Assembly (NCBI GenBank): GCA_976551045.1
Contig: CDPCPM010000197.1
Coordinates: 496,001 to 560,000, forward strand
Reading direction: 5' to 3'
DNA length: 64,000 nucleotides
Origin: Glaucostegus cemiculus
Taxonomy: Eukaryota
A model generated the notes under the pieces. It saw only the letters and a program-made list of their open reading frames with translations. It was not told where the DNA came from and did not search any database. The first letter of the stretch is position 1, and each line of letters opens with the position of its first letter. A program made the position numbers and the translations under genes. Positions 1 through 14,765 of the stretch are shown here, in pieces.

Positions 1-2573
1 CCCATTTGTCATGTTTACTTGCTGGTACAAAGGATGAACTCTATGCCTACGATTACCTCGACAGCAAACGAACACTTTAATAAATGAGGCTCCGTTTCAT
101 CAACCTGGGATGACAAACAGTCTTTTATTCACACAAAAACAAACTTTGCAGCAAGAATGTTGAAACAGCTCGGCAAGATGACCCTTGTGTTTTTAAGCTT
201 GGAGTCATTTTCCAATGGGGTTTACAAAACGAAATAATTTGGGTGTTTTCTTTGGAATATTACACTGATATGTACTCCATATCCTCAGATGTTTTGATCC
301 CAAATATATTTCTTTCGGTGCCAATAAAAATGTATGTAGTTGGACTTTAAAAGCAAACGTGTAAAAATCATATGTAGGTATAAATTATGTCAGCAAAGTT
401 ATTTAAAGTGATTATTAAAATGTTGCATGTGACTTGTACAGCCAGGATACAATACTCGCCTCTGGCCTCGGTATTAACAGAATGTGCTTTCGTGGGGGGA
501 AAAAGTGGAAAGCTAGTTAGATAAACTGTTTTAACTTCATCATTACCATTTATGACATTCCAAACTATGAAGTTTTAGTAGCTGCATCATTCGGGCCCAC
601 AGGAGTTTGTATTTCGTTAGCAGTCTATGTCCTTGCATTGTTCTATATGTATCGACTCTCATTCAGACCAAAATATGTGTAAATAGTAATAACCTAAATA
701 AATTTTTTCAAGTCCCGTCTTTTCTTTTGTTTATTTTTACCTAGCCTGCTGGGCAAAACCTTGAAGCCATATGACCTGGTATCATGACTCTGGCTTTCCT
801 TAATCTCATCTATCTGTGTGAGGTGGCCTATATGATAACAAAGGACATTGACTTAGCATAGAAAAATATCGATGTAGGTACATTTCAAAATAAATATAAT
901 GCTTATTCTGACATTGTTAGAGGCCTATGCACCTGCTTGCGGATATGGTGACATTGCACAATGTTATAATAGTAACTTCTTTGAAAATGGCTGTTTTATG
1001 AAGAATCTTAAGTCATGTATGGTCATCTGTCGTTTCTTGATTGCTTTGCTTCGTTACCATGCCTTTTTTTTATTTTGCAACCTTGTAAGTTAAGCTCTGT
1101 TCTGTCATTTATACAGTGCCTCTTAGCATTTTTCCTTTGTGCGTGTGTGTCTGTGTATTAGAAAGGGATTGGACAGTGTAATGGTTCAAGCTTTGACAAC
1201 CAAATAGATAATCAAGAAGACAAATGACCTCTTTTGTCAGATGAAGCTCCGTATTAATTTTAATTTTCTTTCGTATAACACATTGCATATGCAATCTGGG
1301 GTCTGAAAATACAGCACATACCAAAAGAAAGCCTAACTGGAATATATATCAAGGCACAACACAATCTTCTATATTAAAATGAGCCATTTGGGTGATTCAA
1401 GACCTCGGCTCACTGATGCACGTGTTTTGCTTCAGACCTGCAATTTAACAAATTCTGTTACAAAGCTGCATATGCAGTCACTACTGCAGGCTGCGATAAT
1501 CCTATCCTGCCCCCACCTCATTCCGCAAAATTATTTCTTTCAAACGCATCCTGCAAAGCATCATTGACCTGAACACATTACAATGTGTCCTTTTCTAATT
1601 AATGTTTATAGACTGTGTTTCGTATCATACAAACCTGATGTAAAAGGGGATTCGCACAGTCAATTGTAGCAAAAGACATAACAAGAAAAAAAAGTTCGAT
1701 TTAAAAAGAACACATTTTGCCTTGGGAGACAGCGACAGGATTTACAATCTGTCGTTTATATGAGAAAATCCTCACTAACCAATGTATATGTGTTTTGTGT
1801 TTCCTCTTCCCCGGGGGTTCCAAGAAACTGAAGCGTTCTGAAATGTAATCTTTCCAAATGTAATATTTTCGGGGAGGTACACAATTTTGAAGTACGTTGC
1901 GGATTAATTACTATAGTTAATAATATAAGAATTATTCATTGAATCTCAGCAAGAGCTGTTCTGCTTTCTCTATTCATAGACACTGATAACAGGCAAGCCA
2001 GTCCTACACCCTCCGCCTGACTGCTGCCAACGGCTTTGAATGCAAGCTATACAACTAAAGTTCACAGGCATTATTTGTACGCAGAGAGGTTCTAAAAATG
2101 CGAGAATTAACTTGAAATCATTAATCACTGCTTTCTTTAAATACTTCTCCCATTGTTGCTCAACAGCAAATCTGGATGACTCGTCCCAGGGAAAAGTGGT
2201 GCGCGTCCAGGAGAGTACTTTAGAAATATAGGCAGAGCCTTGAATTTCTCAGTTACATCGGAAGATTCCCTCTCAAGCATGAGTAAAAATCGAGAAAATG
2301 TTCAGATCTGGAAAATGGAAAATAGCGAAACGAAAGGTAAAGCCAAACAAACTCGATTAATTTCGTCACTTCGAAGTGCTTTGTTGTCCCTTTGACAGTT
2401 AGTTGTGAACGTTGTTTGCTGTGTGCGTCTTGGAATATGTAGTAAATACGTCGACCAAATAATCTGCTTATATAGTTGGTGTTATGTTGTTTATCTCTCT
2501 GTGGTGTTTTAAACATATATGAATCTTATGGAATAAAATCAGCACGTCGGTTGGTCAGTAGGGCGGCCGAAAG

Positions 2574-2590
2574 GGTTCACGGAAAGGACA
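2574..2590 (+). promoter_or_regulatory. DR5 retinoic acid response element, PG4 3' type (hoxb4 early neural enhancer position)
   Basis: GGTTCA cggaa AGGACA. The half-sites match the RARE known 3' of Hox4 paralogues, and the position is upstream of the distal hoxb3 promoter. Confidence 0.8.
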
Positions 2591-3145
2591 ACTTTTCTAT
2601 CCGATTAGCTGTTTTTATACTAGCAGTCTGACCCCTGAAACCCTTGACCTTTAAGACATGACTCTGTTCTATCTGAACATTCTCAATGCTAAGGGATAAA
2701 AAACCCACCAGGGTTACCCTTCGTTCACTCGACATAAAATCTGCGCTGCTTCGCTAGAAAGTGGCCGTTTAGTAAGGATCGTCTTGTGTGCAGTTGCTTT
2801 CATCTTGCATAAGATAGACAATCATGAACGTTTGTTTTCAAATCCCTCTGTTTTAATATTCAATGATGGGTAAGTGTAGGTTGTGGAATGACGTTTATTG
2901 CACTTTACAATCACATTTAAAGATGATCTCCAAGAATCCTCAATGGAATGAATAATGGTCCTTTGCTCTGGGCATGCTTCTCCTCTATTGAAGATTCAGC
3001 AACATTCAATATAGACCAGGCCTGCATTTTTAAATTTTGCTTGTGTATTAGCTATAGAAACAGGATGCCAGTCTGGCTTAACTTCTCTGACTTTTAATGT
3101 TGTTTGCTTAGGGACAGCAAATAATGCGAGCTGGAGAGACATTAA

Positions 3146-3147
<2 letters not shown>

Positions 3148-3179
<32 letters not shown>

Positions 3180-3202
3180 AGGCAGATAGAGAGAGAGAGA
3201 GA
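3148..3202. repeat. (GA)n microsatellite, interrupted
   Basis: Visible tandem GA. Confidence 0.95.
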
Positions 3203-4696
3203 TCCATCTTTATAATGTTATAATGTGTTGGAGTTTTAATATTAACTTACCATTTAATATTACCATTTCTAAAGCAAAGCCACATTTACACAGAAGCTAT
3301 GATTCAAATGTTAGTTTTATGAAGTAGGATATAAAACAGGTATCCGTTCTTTACTATTTAAGAATCAGTGGCTATTAGAACTTGAAACAGAAGCCCAGTT
3401 TCCACAACTTTACTGAATTTTACAGCTCAATTTATTAAGCAAACAGTGAACTTTTCTGAGCAATAGGGAAACACATGAATTAAATAATTAGCCATGGAAT
3501 TTAGAAAACCCTTGGAAATGCATATTAAAAAATTGGATAAACGAATAAAATCTCTTTGTCAGACGAGAAGTCCCCGCCCCTTTTCTTTACTATTTGTTGT
3601 ATTTTTTGTAACCTGATATACATTATTCCATTTTTAAAATAAAAGGTTTCAAAGTTTCTCGCCATTATAGGAATCAATAACTATGACGGATGAGATATCT
3701 AAGGATTGCGTTAAATTATATTATTATTTTGTTATGAATTCTGGTGAGAACAAAGGCTGAGTTCCAGGTGATAGTATAGACTATATAAATCGATTCTTTT
3801 CAAACGTGTAACGAAATAATCTTTAGTCCTATTGTGGAGACTCCTACCGCAATTCATATTGCTGGCCTCCACTTTAGGAAGCACCCACAGAGAGAATATT
3901 AAAATGCGACGAAGTTAGTACTGTGTCAAATTGGTTTCTCAAGGGCATGTTTCTTACTAGAATTATAGAATTTTTTAAAAATGTTGCTCCCAGCAGGTTT
4001 CCCCCACCCGTATAGACACCTCCCTGATAATAATAGATTCTCTCACACTGGATATAGACTATAGAAGCAAATCATTTTATATTAGAAATGCAAATATTTT
4101 AGGCCAGACTTTTTAAAATAAAATTCCGTTAACTGCCCGAGGTTTTTTTTACACGATCCTCTTTGCTTCTGTAGGTGTTGGTTACTAGCAACATACCTAG
4201 AAGTAACATTCTGGAGAACAAATTTGTTTATTATTAATAAATATCGTTCTAAAGTAATACAAAGCCAATAGTGCGTTGAAAAAGAGGGCGAAATGGGCAA
4301 TGAAAATAAAACAGTGGGTCAACACAAGGGAGGAATAAGCAAACGTGGCAAAATGAATTTGGCTGTAAACTACTATAGTTGCAGTGGCTTCCTAGTTCTA
4401 ATTTGGAAGGACTAGATCACTACCGTACCATAGAAGAGTGGTACGTAGATTGTGAGTCTGAGGAAGCATCTCCGGATGAGACATCAGGAAGCCGGAATGC
4501 CTTCCCCACACATATCTAGTTCAGGGTTTGCAGGTAATCCTCTGAACCCCACTTTTGTAACAGCAACCATTAACAATAGATTAATATAATTTTGAGAACA
4601 AAAAAGTGGCGAAGAATATGAAAGAATTTCTTCGCTCTCCCAGTGGAAGGTCACACTTCTCCTTGGAGTATGAATTTGAAATCCCCCTTCCCCCTC

Positions 4697-4727
4697 GATC
4701 ACGTGACTCATTAAATAATTAATGCAG
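4697..4727 (+). promoter_or_regulatory. CR3/late-neural-enhancer-like Hox-response element at the distal hoxb3 promoter
   Basis: GATCACGTGACTCATTAAATAATTAATGCAG: a palindromic E-box plus clustered TAAT/ATTA sites, followed by a splice donor (att|gtaagt) at 4888. Confidence 0.65.
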
Positions 4728-4729
4728 CT

Positions 4730-4887
4730 GTTGCAGAATAGATATGTATTCGTCGGTAAATCGCCGGCATGGTCTCCCTGTGTCTGACGTGAAATTCTAC
4801 TGTCCTTTTAAAAACAAGCCTATAACTTGAGAGAGAGGCTGAAATAAAACAATTTGAGAAGAGAGCCACACCGTGGGCTGGATTATT
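4730..4887 (+). other. Putative first non-coding exon of a long hoxb3 transcript (start approximate)
   Basis: Lies downstream of the E-box/TAAT element and ends at a gtaagt donor. Vertebrate Hoxb3 is known to have distal non-coding exons. Confidence 0.5.
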
Positions 4888-7800
4888 GTAAGTACAGCTG
4901 CAGTGCCTCGTGTCTCTCTATGTAAATATTATGTGTGTTATTTATGTTTTACAAGACTGTCATAACATTTGACAAATAGTGCCTTTCCTTCTATTTTTCA
5001 ATTTACCACGGTGGTATGTTTGTTTATTTCCCCATTTTCATTGATTTTTTTTTGTGGGAATGTTTTTCTTCTTGCTTTCTTGATTTATTGCGAAATATGT
5101 CAGCAGCACTATGGATGCCATTGTGTGTAAGCTGTGTGTTGTTTATGTTCGTCTGCGTGATAAATCATGCTCTTTGAGAATGATGTGCAAGTGATGATAT
5201 TCAGGAATGAGGAAGGTTGTAATCCTCTCCCCAGAGTTGATTATTGCGGGCCATTTGTAGCAATAGATCAGAGGATAATATGAAAGCTATAGCTGGCGGT
5301 CTTAAATTACAGCATCCGTGATTACCAATTATAGATAGTTTTGTATGAATTCTTTAAAACACAACCCCTTATTGGAATAAGAACCTAGTAAAGGAGGCGC
5401 TTTGGGTGACCAGAAATGAATTGCAAAACGCAATTTTGAAAATGAGCGAAGACTAACAGACTTCCACAACGCCAAGCTCCTTTTATTCTGCGGTTGGACG
5501 CCAGCCAGTCAAGTTGAAGCCATTAATAGCAGCGTAACATTTAACACCGATCGTTAGTGCAAACCTTTATGTAGTAAAATTAGAATAACTCAGTGATTGG
5601 CATTAAATATTAATGGTTGCAGCAGGCAAGGAACATCAGTGCTGAAACTTGCGTGTCTCTGAAAATACCATTATCTGTCAACTGAATGGCAATCTCTCTC
5701 TTATTGAGGGATATTTAATGGTCGTTTTTAATTATGATTATCTGAAGTGTCTTTAAGTGTTTGTTTTGACAATTACGCAGGACGTGTGTATGTGACCATT
5801 GTGTCTGCTAGCTCAACGAAATTAAAAACACAAAATGCACTTTAACTACTTCATTGTTTAATGTACAGGATCTGAAGTCAATGACAGACAGTATTATGTG
5901 CATTGAATAAATGGAGAATTGGCTAATCGTTTAGTGAACTGTACAGTACATATTTTGTACGTGTTTTTATTTAACAGTTCATCCTCCCACCCCCCACCCC
6001 CAAACACACACACGTACTCTTTTTCTCTCTATCCCTTTTTACCTCTTACATACAAATTTACACACATAGACATTTCACATACACACAGGCAAAGCCCATA
6101 TTTCTATTTATCAGACCATGATACATAATCTGTTTCTTCACTCTCTGAATAATAGTTATGAGTTTGTAAATAAGGGGGAAAACGCAATGAAAACAGTTGT
6201 GGCATGATAGACAGGCCTTCAGGATGTCGGCTTTCCTCATTTGCCAAAAAAAGGCTCCTGAGAAAAGAAAAAGGGAAGAGGCATTAGCAAATCGATATTA
6301 GAACACAATTGGATATTGCTTAGCCTCCATAGCAAAGATGTGTAAATTTCTTTGCGAGCTTGACCCTGGATTCAATTGAGGCTTTATTAATTGATAACTC
6401 CTAGCACCAGAATGGAAAAATAATGTGACTAGGTGCCCTCAATGCACATGAATCATGTTCAATGGCACGACATTCGTTCAGCAGCACTGATAGTAATGTA
6501 TGATTTTTCTTTCAGAAATATTTTATGCTCTGGAAAAGCAAACTATGCTTTTATATTTTGAGAATGTTAAGGCTTAAAGACTGCTCCATTAATAAAATTT
6601 ACAGTCCCTCCTTTGCCTAGACTAGCTATGTTTTAAAGCAAACCTGACATTGCTGTGTCGACTGAGTCAAGGAAAAGCCCCTCCTAAAGGCTTTGTTAGC
6701 GTCTCTGCAAAGAGCGATTCCAAAGACTTCCATAAAGAGCAAAGCAAAATCGCTGACCAATATATCTGAAAATGCAAACAAGTTGGCAATACACTATTAC
6801 TGAACAAAGACTTGCCGAGGTATTGAACAATATTTTGCATCATTCTGCTTTTAATTCTTAATGAAATGTTTATTGATGTTTCTACGAATTTCTCCTACAG
6901 ATCACATTCCACTGTTTGAAACAGCAACAAAGCTATGCAAAATCGAAGGAAAATTGTTTTAAAAATATGATTTCTGGATCCTATCAGTTTAACCTTTTCT
7001 CCCGTTTTCTCTATCCATCATTTGGTGGAATTTGTGAATCTATTTTTAACATTCATTTCTTAAGTGTTTTGTTGTCTTTATTAACATCGTCCAAGAGTGT
7101 AATGTTATTTTACTGAACATATATTTTAAATAAAAGTATTTTAACCCGAAGATAATGCATCAGGGAGTGCAAAGAAGCAACCCTATATACACTCAAAGGT
7201 AACGATAGCTCCCATCAGATGATTATTTAATGCACAGGTAATTATCCTCCGCAGAATAAATCATGTCCTCCTCACTTTAATATACTTCTCTCGGCTGTGC
7301 ACGCCTATTTGAAATTGATGAAAAGTTAGATCGTTTATATCCATGAGAACTGTACCGCAACCTATCTGGAAACTGTGTAGAACACTGGGCATATGGCATC
7401 AAATGTGCATTTCGTAATATTTAAGTGGTAATATGAACCACATAAAAATAGAAACCCCTGCAATCCAGGAATGAGCCGCCGTTAAAAAAAAACAGATGGA
7501 ATAAAAGTATGACTTATATTCGTGACCATCAGGGCAATGCTGTAAAAACATTTAATTGAAAAATATTTTTAAGAATGGATAAAAGACACACGATCAAATC
7601 ATGGGATCACAAGTTCTCTATATAGGCCGTATTCCGTTGGCAGTTCTTTGTTCATTAAAATCTGTGGTATTAATCAGCATAGACAAAATAGCTCACACAT
7701 GTATAAAAGCAGACAGTATGCATTCACATCCTCAATGTAAATCCACATGGCTTAAATAAGATCATTAAGGAATGGACATTTTAGTCACCTCTGTAGCGTT

Positions 7801-10800
7801 TCTGACTTTGCAACTCACGGCGTTTCAGCGCATCTCAATAGCCGATCAAATTAGCTCCAGTAAAGACAGGGTAATAAATTATATTGGGGCTGCTCCATGC
7901 TCCCAGACTAGCTATTAGAAAAGTGAAAATGCAATAACTCCAACCTCTGACCTTTCACTGATAATACAAAACGAAACTAATTTCAAAATACAATTCACTT
8001 GAATGGTGCTATTGAATATATTTCTCCTTTAACACTGACAATGATTTTTTTTATATATTTTTGTTTGTTCAAATCGGCAAGAAGCGTATTTTTGTTGCCA
8101 TATATTCCATGTTCCTCCTCCCTACTCCCCCCCCCCCCCCCAGCAACTCCCCGCCCGCCATTCCTTTGTGTTGAAATGTGGCCGGTCTCTAAGGAGCAAT
8201 TGTCCGAAAGTGTTGCAATTGGAAGAACAAAAATAGGACAGGGTGGTGCCCTGTTCGCACTCCATGGAGATTTGAGGTTTATTTGGTTGAAAATAATGAT
8301 TATAATCATTTTTAAAATCACATTGACATTGGTAGGAAATTGATATCGTACAACTCAATCATTGTACCCAGTTACTAACATTGTCTCTACTGAACTCCCT
8401 CTGACTCTCTCGCTGTTCTTTCCTTCTCTTTCTCTCCTCTACATCTACCCCCCCACCACCATCACCACCCCTCTGTTGCATTCTCTCTCACACACTTATA
8501 TTTTATAGCATATTTAGGCTGGTAGGCATTTAAACGAAGGAGTTCTGCTAATGTTGCTCTGCGAACCCTGAGCTCCTTTGACAATAATTCCCAACATCCA
8601 CCCGACCATCTCAGCTCCTGAACGCGTTAACTCACATTCTTAATTTACGTTCCTTTTATAATTTTGTCATGTTCGTTTGTCTTCGTTGGCAGCCGCCGAT
8701 TTTAAAATCTTGTTGAATTTGTTGTAGGGCATTATTTTTCATTTTCTTTTTCGACATCACGACATGAATTGACTTTCTGAAGTGTTCAAGCATCGGGTCT
8801 TGGTTGATAGTCCATGCAGGCATGGGTCTTGTATGATCGGCTGTTGCTGGTCGAACGTACTCCTATCAGACGAGCCCATGCTTCTTTCAATGACACGCCC
8901 GAGATTTTCCAAAACGTATTTTAAAAGAAATCCACCAGGGTTCAAGAGACATTTTTCCTCCATGAGGGTTGGGTGTGGGGATGGGGGTGCGGTGAGGAGG
9001 TGGGGGTGATGTAGTTAAGCTGCATCACCCATGACAAAAAACCAAATTCAGAGATCTCTTTCCAAGTTCCAAGCCAAAGATCCAACAGGTAAGCGAGCCA
9101 AGAAAGCTGCCGTTTAACAGTTTTCCCTCTGCAGCTCTCCATAAATTCCAGGGTGGATATAATTAATGGTCCATTGACTGACCTGAGAGAGAGGTCCCGG
9201 GTTGGTTTCCGTGAACTATTGCTGACTTTTTTTTTGTGTGTAACGGATTAAGACGGACGTGGCTTCTTTCCCACCCCCACGGTCCCCTCCTCATAAAAAA
9301 GTGCAGATTTCTTCAGAAAACTTTTTTTCCTTCCCAAACTTCCGAAAGATCTTACAAACAGTTAAACGTTTGGTTTGGGTTTACCTTTGATGGCTCTTGA
9401 CACCTCTGCGTTCGTAAAAGAAGCTTCAAAAGCATTTTAGATAGGGTGTTATCCTCAAGATGAATGCACACATGATTTATGACCTGGGTAAAGAGTGTTT
9501 ATCTATTGTACTCGCGACTTTTTAAGTTACTATAAAGTCCTATCGAATGTTGTTTGTCGTAAAGCTCAGCTCCTCGGCTTTTTAGTTGAAACTTTGAAAA
9601 AGAAAATACTATGCACCAATTTTTATTTTCCAAAATAAAAGTCACATCTTTATTTTAATTCCATCTGGAGGCAATTTCCCTCTCACGAAAGACTGTTCAG
9701 GATCTAGTAATTATTTCAGAATGCAGCAGAATTGCTTGTTATCTCTGCTAAAGCGCGCCACCTTAAAACAATATCACAAAAGCCGGGCCATTTTCTAATT
9801 CATGGGAGTACAACATTTTGTTAAACGGAAAATGTTTTAACAGGCTTCCATTTCCTTAGGCGTTTGCAGCCAGTTAGACGACTGGCGATAAGGTGGAATT
9901 TGATGTTAGCAGAAAATTGCTTTGCATTAAATTCCTCTCTCCTCTCTGTAACAAATCATGTTATACGTTGCGGCCAGCCTCCAGCAGAATTAAAATGTAC
10001 CGAGCGTTTGATATGGGGAGGAAGATGGTTTGAACTGCAGGTGTTAGAATTGATCTAGAAATAATCAAATTGAATTTTATCGGGCTTGACGCATAAGCAG
10101 GTCTAACTGTTTTAAAGCACAGGGCGTTTTATACGGGGGAAAATATCCTGAAATTGGAAACCCCGAGTCACATTTTTGTACCTTTTTGTTTTGCCTATTG
10201 AATGCCAATACAGACTAAACTAGGATTCTTAATGTCATGCCGAAACGCTCCTCCTCCATGCCGAGCGACATGCATTTGTGAAGATATGCTTTATTTTCTT
10301 TATTAAAAATTAACTCTTTCACTCTGCACAGTTTCTGAGACATAGCTAGCAAGTTAAGAGGAGAGTTTGTCACTGCAAGTCCGCTTAGCTTGGCAGATCA
10401 AAGGTCCTCTGTTCTGGTTGTACAGTAACCCTATTGATCTGTCTTTGACCCAAGCCAGACATTCTCAAACCCCCCAAAACAGCATTCCCGTTAACTTAAC
10501 TTAACCCGATACCTTTATTTGTGTTAGTTTGTTGTGCTGAAGTTCCCGTTATCTTCTCAGCGATTTACAAAATGAGACCGAGAGGCTACGAATAAACGAG
10601 GCAAGTACCCGAAGCACAAACGGCTTCATAGCACGTCACTGTGCTACAGGTCAAATGTCACATTAAACACAAGTTATGCATTAATAGGTCAGATGAAAAG
10701 GTACATTTGGAAACGTGCCAATGTACATTATGTCACATGTATTGCACGGTTGATACTCGCTATGATAGTAAAAAAATCTGTTTAAATGAAGAGCACATCT

Positions 10801-13677
10801 TTTAATGGAGACTTTTGTTTTACAGATTTTAACATTAAATGCCCAATACGTTCTGATGGCTGCCTTTAAAACACCAATTTCATGGAAGTTGTTTGTAATC
10901 TCAGTAATGGCATCAAGCGGCATCTTCAGAAAACCGAGTACCCAATACATATATATATATATTTATATATGTATTAAGTACAAGGCATGCTGTTGCATAA
11001 ATTACACGAGCTCCATAAGTTACAATGTGATTTATGCTAAAAATAAATCTATATCTGGCTTAAAGTTAAATATAACCAGTATGTGCGTATCAGACTTCCT
11101 TAAATCAGAGACATGTTGCTTGTTTTCTATCGGATCTATGACCACGTTGCTAAAAGAGCGTGTACTGCTGTGAACTAATTCTTTGCTTGTTAAGAATAAA
11201 TAAGGCGTTTAGTTTTGCAGTCGTTATTCTTTGAAAGACTGTGCGTGGGTGTAAACCAAGCCCACCAGCACAGACGTTCTACATGGCAGAGTGGGGAAAT
11301 CACTGGTTATCAGTTCTGATCGAAAACAGGCGACGCTGCAAAGGTTGACTCCCCGAAAATTAAACTTCTGTTTAGTTTTCGCAGAGAAAGCAAGTGAGAG
11401 AGAAAAAAAAGTTGTTCAACTTCTTCCTTTCTCTGAATTGGCCCTCTTGCAGGAAGCTAATTATATGAATTTGCTTTTTCTTCTAAAAAAAACAAAGAAC
11501 AACCTACCTTTATAAACAGCTTCTACATAAAACAATGAGAATGCAGTGTCTCGCTTTCCGCTATAAAGCGGGAAGTTTTTGAAATGCGCGAAGCCGCAAG
11601 TTTCAGCGATCCAACACTAAAAAAAAGATTTCAATTAACAATTGCTAAAGTCTGTATAAAATGGGGAAACGTTGACGTACTGACCACGTGAATGCATAAT
11701 GCAAACGCATTACTCTGGCATTTGGATGGAGGGCCTTCGCCTGTGTCTCTGGGCTGTGATCACCCAGTCAGTACCCTGATTATTTACAGCAGGCCATTTA
11801 AAAAACAAATCGGGTCAGGGGGAAGATTTGCGTTCCGTGTAATATCTCTCATAAAAGGATTATATGCGATCGCAGAGAAAACCTGGGATAGTGGGACGGA
11901 TTTTTATTTTCGAGATATTTCAAACCCTCCCGTTGATTGATCATTAATGTGGTGAGTTATTACTATTCAAGGAAAGGTCATTCAGAGAGAGGCTTATAAC
12001 TGTCACAATGAGCCAAGACATATTTTATTTCTTTTCCTTTATTTTTTTATCCACTTAGTCCAACGGCAAATGTTTAAATATCCTCCTGATGCTTAAAGAC
12101 TGTAAATTATTTCAGCGGCAGAACAATTCTCGATTGCGTTGAACTCAACTGTAAAGGCGCGTGTGTGAGTCTAAGTGTGCTGGATTCAGAGGTCCCAAGT
12201 CAGCCCTCTATACACGCATTGTAGAAATACTCTTTCCGTCTCTTTTTTTTTGGTAAGCCCTCACATTAATTTGGCAATGATAAAATGAATTTAAAAATAG
12301 CCGTTCGTGACACCCAGTGATTCATGAACATTTCTTTCCCAGACAAGGTAAATAATTTATGAGTTTAGTAGTCCGCAGCGAAGAACTGGATCTTTTTGAA
12401 AGCATTCCTCCCATCTCTCCGATTCTGTGCAAGAATAAATACCTCGAAAACCCATTAAAGTCAGCAATTGTGTATAAACTAACGTAGCTTCTAGTTTTAT
12501 GATGAAAACACAGAAGGTTTTCGTTTATTAAAACCAGCAGGTGAATCTTTGCATAAACCCTATCCCCGTCTTTTTTTTTCCTTTGTTCTGCTTCGATTCT
12601 GGCGTCCAGTCATGTATGACTGGACAACCTTTATTGGTAACGTTACTTTACCTACACTACTTCTCCGTTTCTCCCATTCCCATTTCATCATTTATAAATA
12701 TCTCTATGTGTTAGTAACCCGATAGAAAACGAAGATAAAGATTCAACTTGAGTAACTATTGTGGTTTTAGGATGAAACAAACCATGTTTATGGTGGGAGG
12801 TCACAAAGCCTTGGGTGCTTTATTTTCATGAAATTGTTGCCATTTGGGACAAAAGGTAACGGGTATTCGGCTCTAGAACCACACAGAATGCATTTCTTTT
12901 TATTTTCGTTACTTTATTTATGTTTCTTTATTTAATACCAAAGGGCCGACTTTTTATTTTTATGAGGGAGGCTGGGATATCATGAAACAATTGATTTTAA
13001 AATACGAAATTCAATTTTCAAATCAGTCAGCATCGTCATTCGATTGTTTGCAACCGTTCAAAATAAAATAAGCAAAAAATAAGACTCAATGGAAATTTCC
13101 ACCGCTTCAAAGTGATGCGTGCTTTTAATATTTGATGTCTCCTGAAGGCCCATGAGCCTACTTGAGCTAAATACTCGGCGCTTTAACCAAATTTGCACCA
13201 AATATTAACTAAAATTTGTTAGATTTAAATGCTGTTAACCATAAATGTATATCACTTCGGAGACAATAAAAGAAAGGCAATAATGTCCTTCAAATGTAGT
13301 GTGTAAATAAACATTTAATATAATGAGCACTTTCGGAAAGACGTCTACAAAAAGGCATGGTATACAAATTTATTTAATGATTAAGCACAAATGAATTAGT
13401 TGTTAATTTCAGAGATATACATGGAATATTGCTTATACTGAAATTCTCTAAGATCTGGCTGGGTGAGCGTGTTAAATATTTACACAATATTCATATTTAG
13501 TGCCATTTCTAATAAATTATTATTCATGCAAAATGCATTCGTAGTTCCTGACACTTCACTTTTTGTTACTTTTTCCTGTCATTTGCTTGAATACTCTGTC
13601 GATTTCCTCAGTGGTCGTGTGCAACAAATTCGATTTTGTAACGATTTCCTTGATCAAAGGTTTGCTTTTTTTTCCAG

Positions 13678-13744
13678 TCTTCGCTCTTTATAAAGACACC
13701 GTCAGCAAATACCCCTTGGATCTGAAACCGGCAGTATTATTGCG
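13678..13744 (+). other. Putative 67-nt non-coding 5'UTR exon of hoxb3
   Basis: Strong acceptor (tttgctttttttttccag|) and donor (gcg|gtaagt). Confidence 0.5.
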
Positions 13745-14706
13745 GTAAGTCGGATCATTTTCATATAATGCCTGAAAGGTTTCCCATGATCCGGCATCCT
13801 GTTTACATAGATACTAGCTGGCTGGTTAGATAGACAGATAGATAGAAAGGGAGAGAGAGATGGGGGGAGCAAGCAATCGTTAGGTAAACAATTATCAATA
13901 CTGCAGAGGTGTATAATATACATGTTAGGTACATAACTCCTTAATGCAGTGTGTAAAGTGTTCAGTTCTCGACGATTTTGGTGTTAAATTAAAATCAGAT
14001 ATATGTTGTTTTCAGTGAACTGAAATCAACTGTTTCACGAGAAAAAAAATCGAAGAAATATTGCAATATTTTCAAGTATACACTTAAAGATCTTACCATC
14101 ATATAGGGATTCGAACTAAAATCTCTACATTGCAAAAGTGGTAAACGTCAATACATCTTGAAGCAGATGTGTAGAAAGAGCGCAATGTTGAGATCACCAG
14201 TGTGAAACTGACTCTTCCCCCAGCCGCGGAAGTAGTTTACAGACAAAATAATAGGCGGAGGGAAAAATTGCCAGTTGAGATGTCGTCCAGATATAAAAGT
14301 TGTACTGCTTGGTACTGAGCCACCTCACAGTGGAAACATAATCAATGATAATGCCTGTCCCTGGTTCTTATTCGCAGGAGTTTACAAAAATCCGAACATC
14401 ACTTTATGAAGTTATACCTTTGGCAGAGGAATGCTGCTGTGGAAAATCACTGCACGTTAAAAAAAATCAGCCCTTCCTCTCAGTTATTCCACACAGAAGT
14501 GAACCGTCCGCGAGGTCTCGCTCCTTTAACAGCCCCCAAAAAGACGGAGTTTGCAAAAATATTTAAAAGAATAGTACGAAGGCGTTAAAAAAAAGTTGCA
14601 GAGTTGTAGATTCTTTCGCAGCTCTTCCTCCTACGCCCTCCAAGCTCTCCTTTCATGTATCTAACTAGTACAACATCTATCCTTTTACACTGTTTACAGC
14701 TACGGT

Positions 14707-14765
14707 GCCATGAAGTCATAAATCTTACGTAGCCATAAACGACAGGAGCAGCGACATGCATAAAA
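14707..14765. promoter_or_regulatory. Clustered Hox/Cdx and Pbx-Hox sites (candidate conserved element)
   Basis: GTCATAAATC, GCCATAAA and GCATAAAA in the same orientation within 60 bp. Confidence 0.55.

Noticed and set aside
1-330. hoxb4 coding sequence or mir-10
   Set aside because: No homeobox or mir-10 sequence seen. The AATAAA motifs might be the end of the hoxb4 3'UTR, but this cannot be supported.
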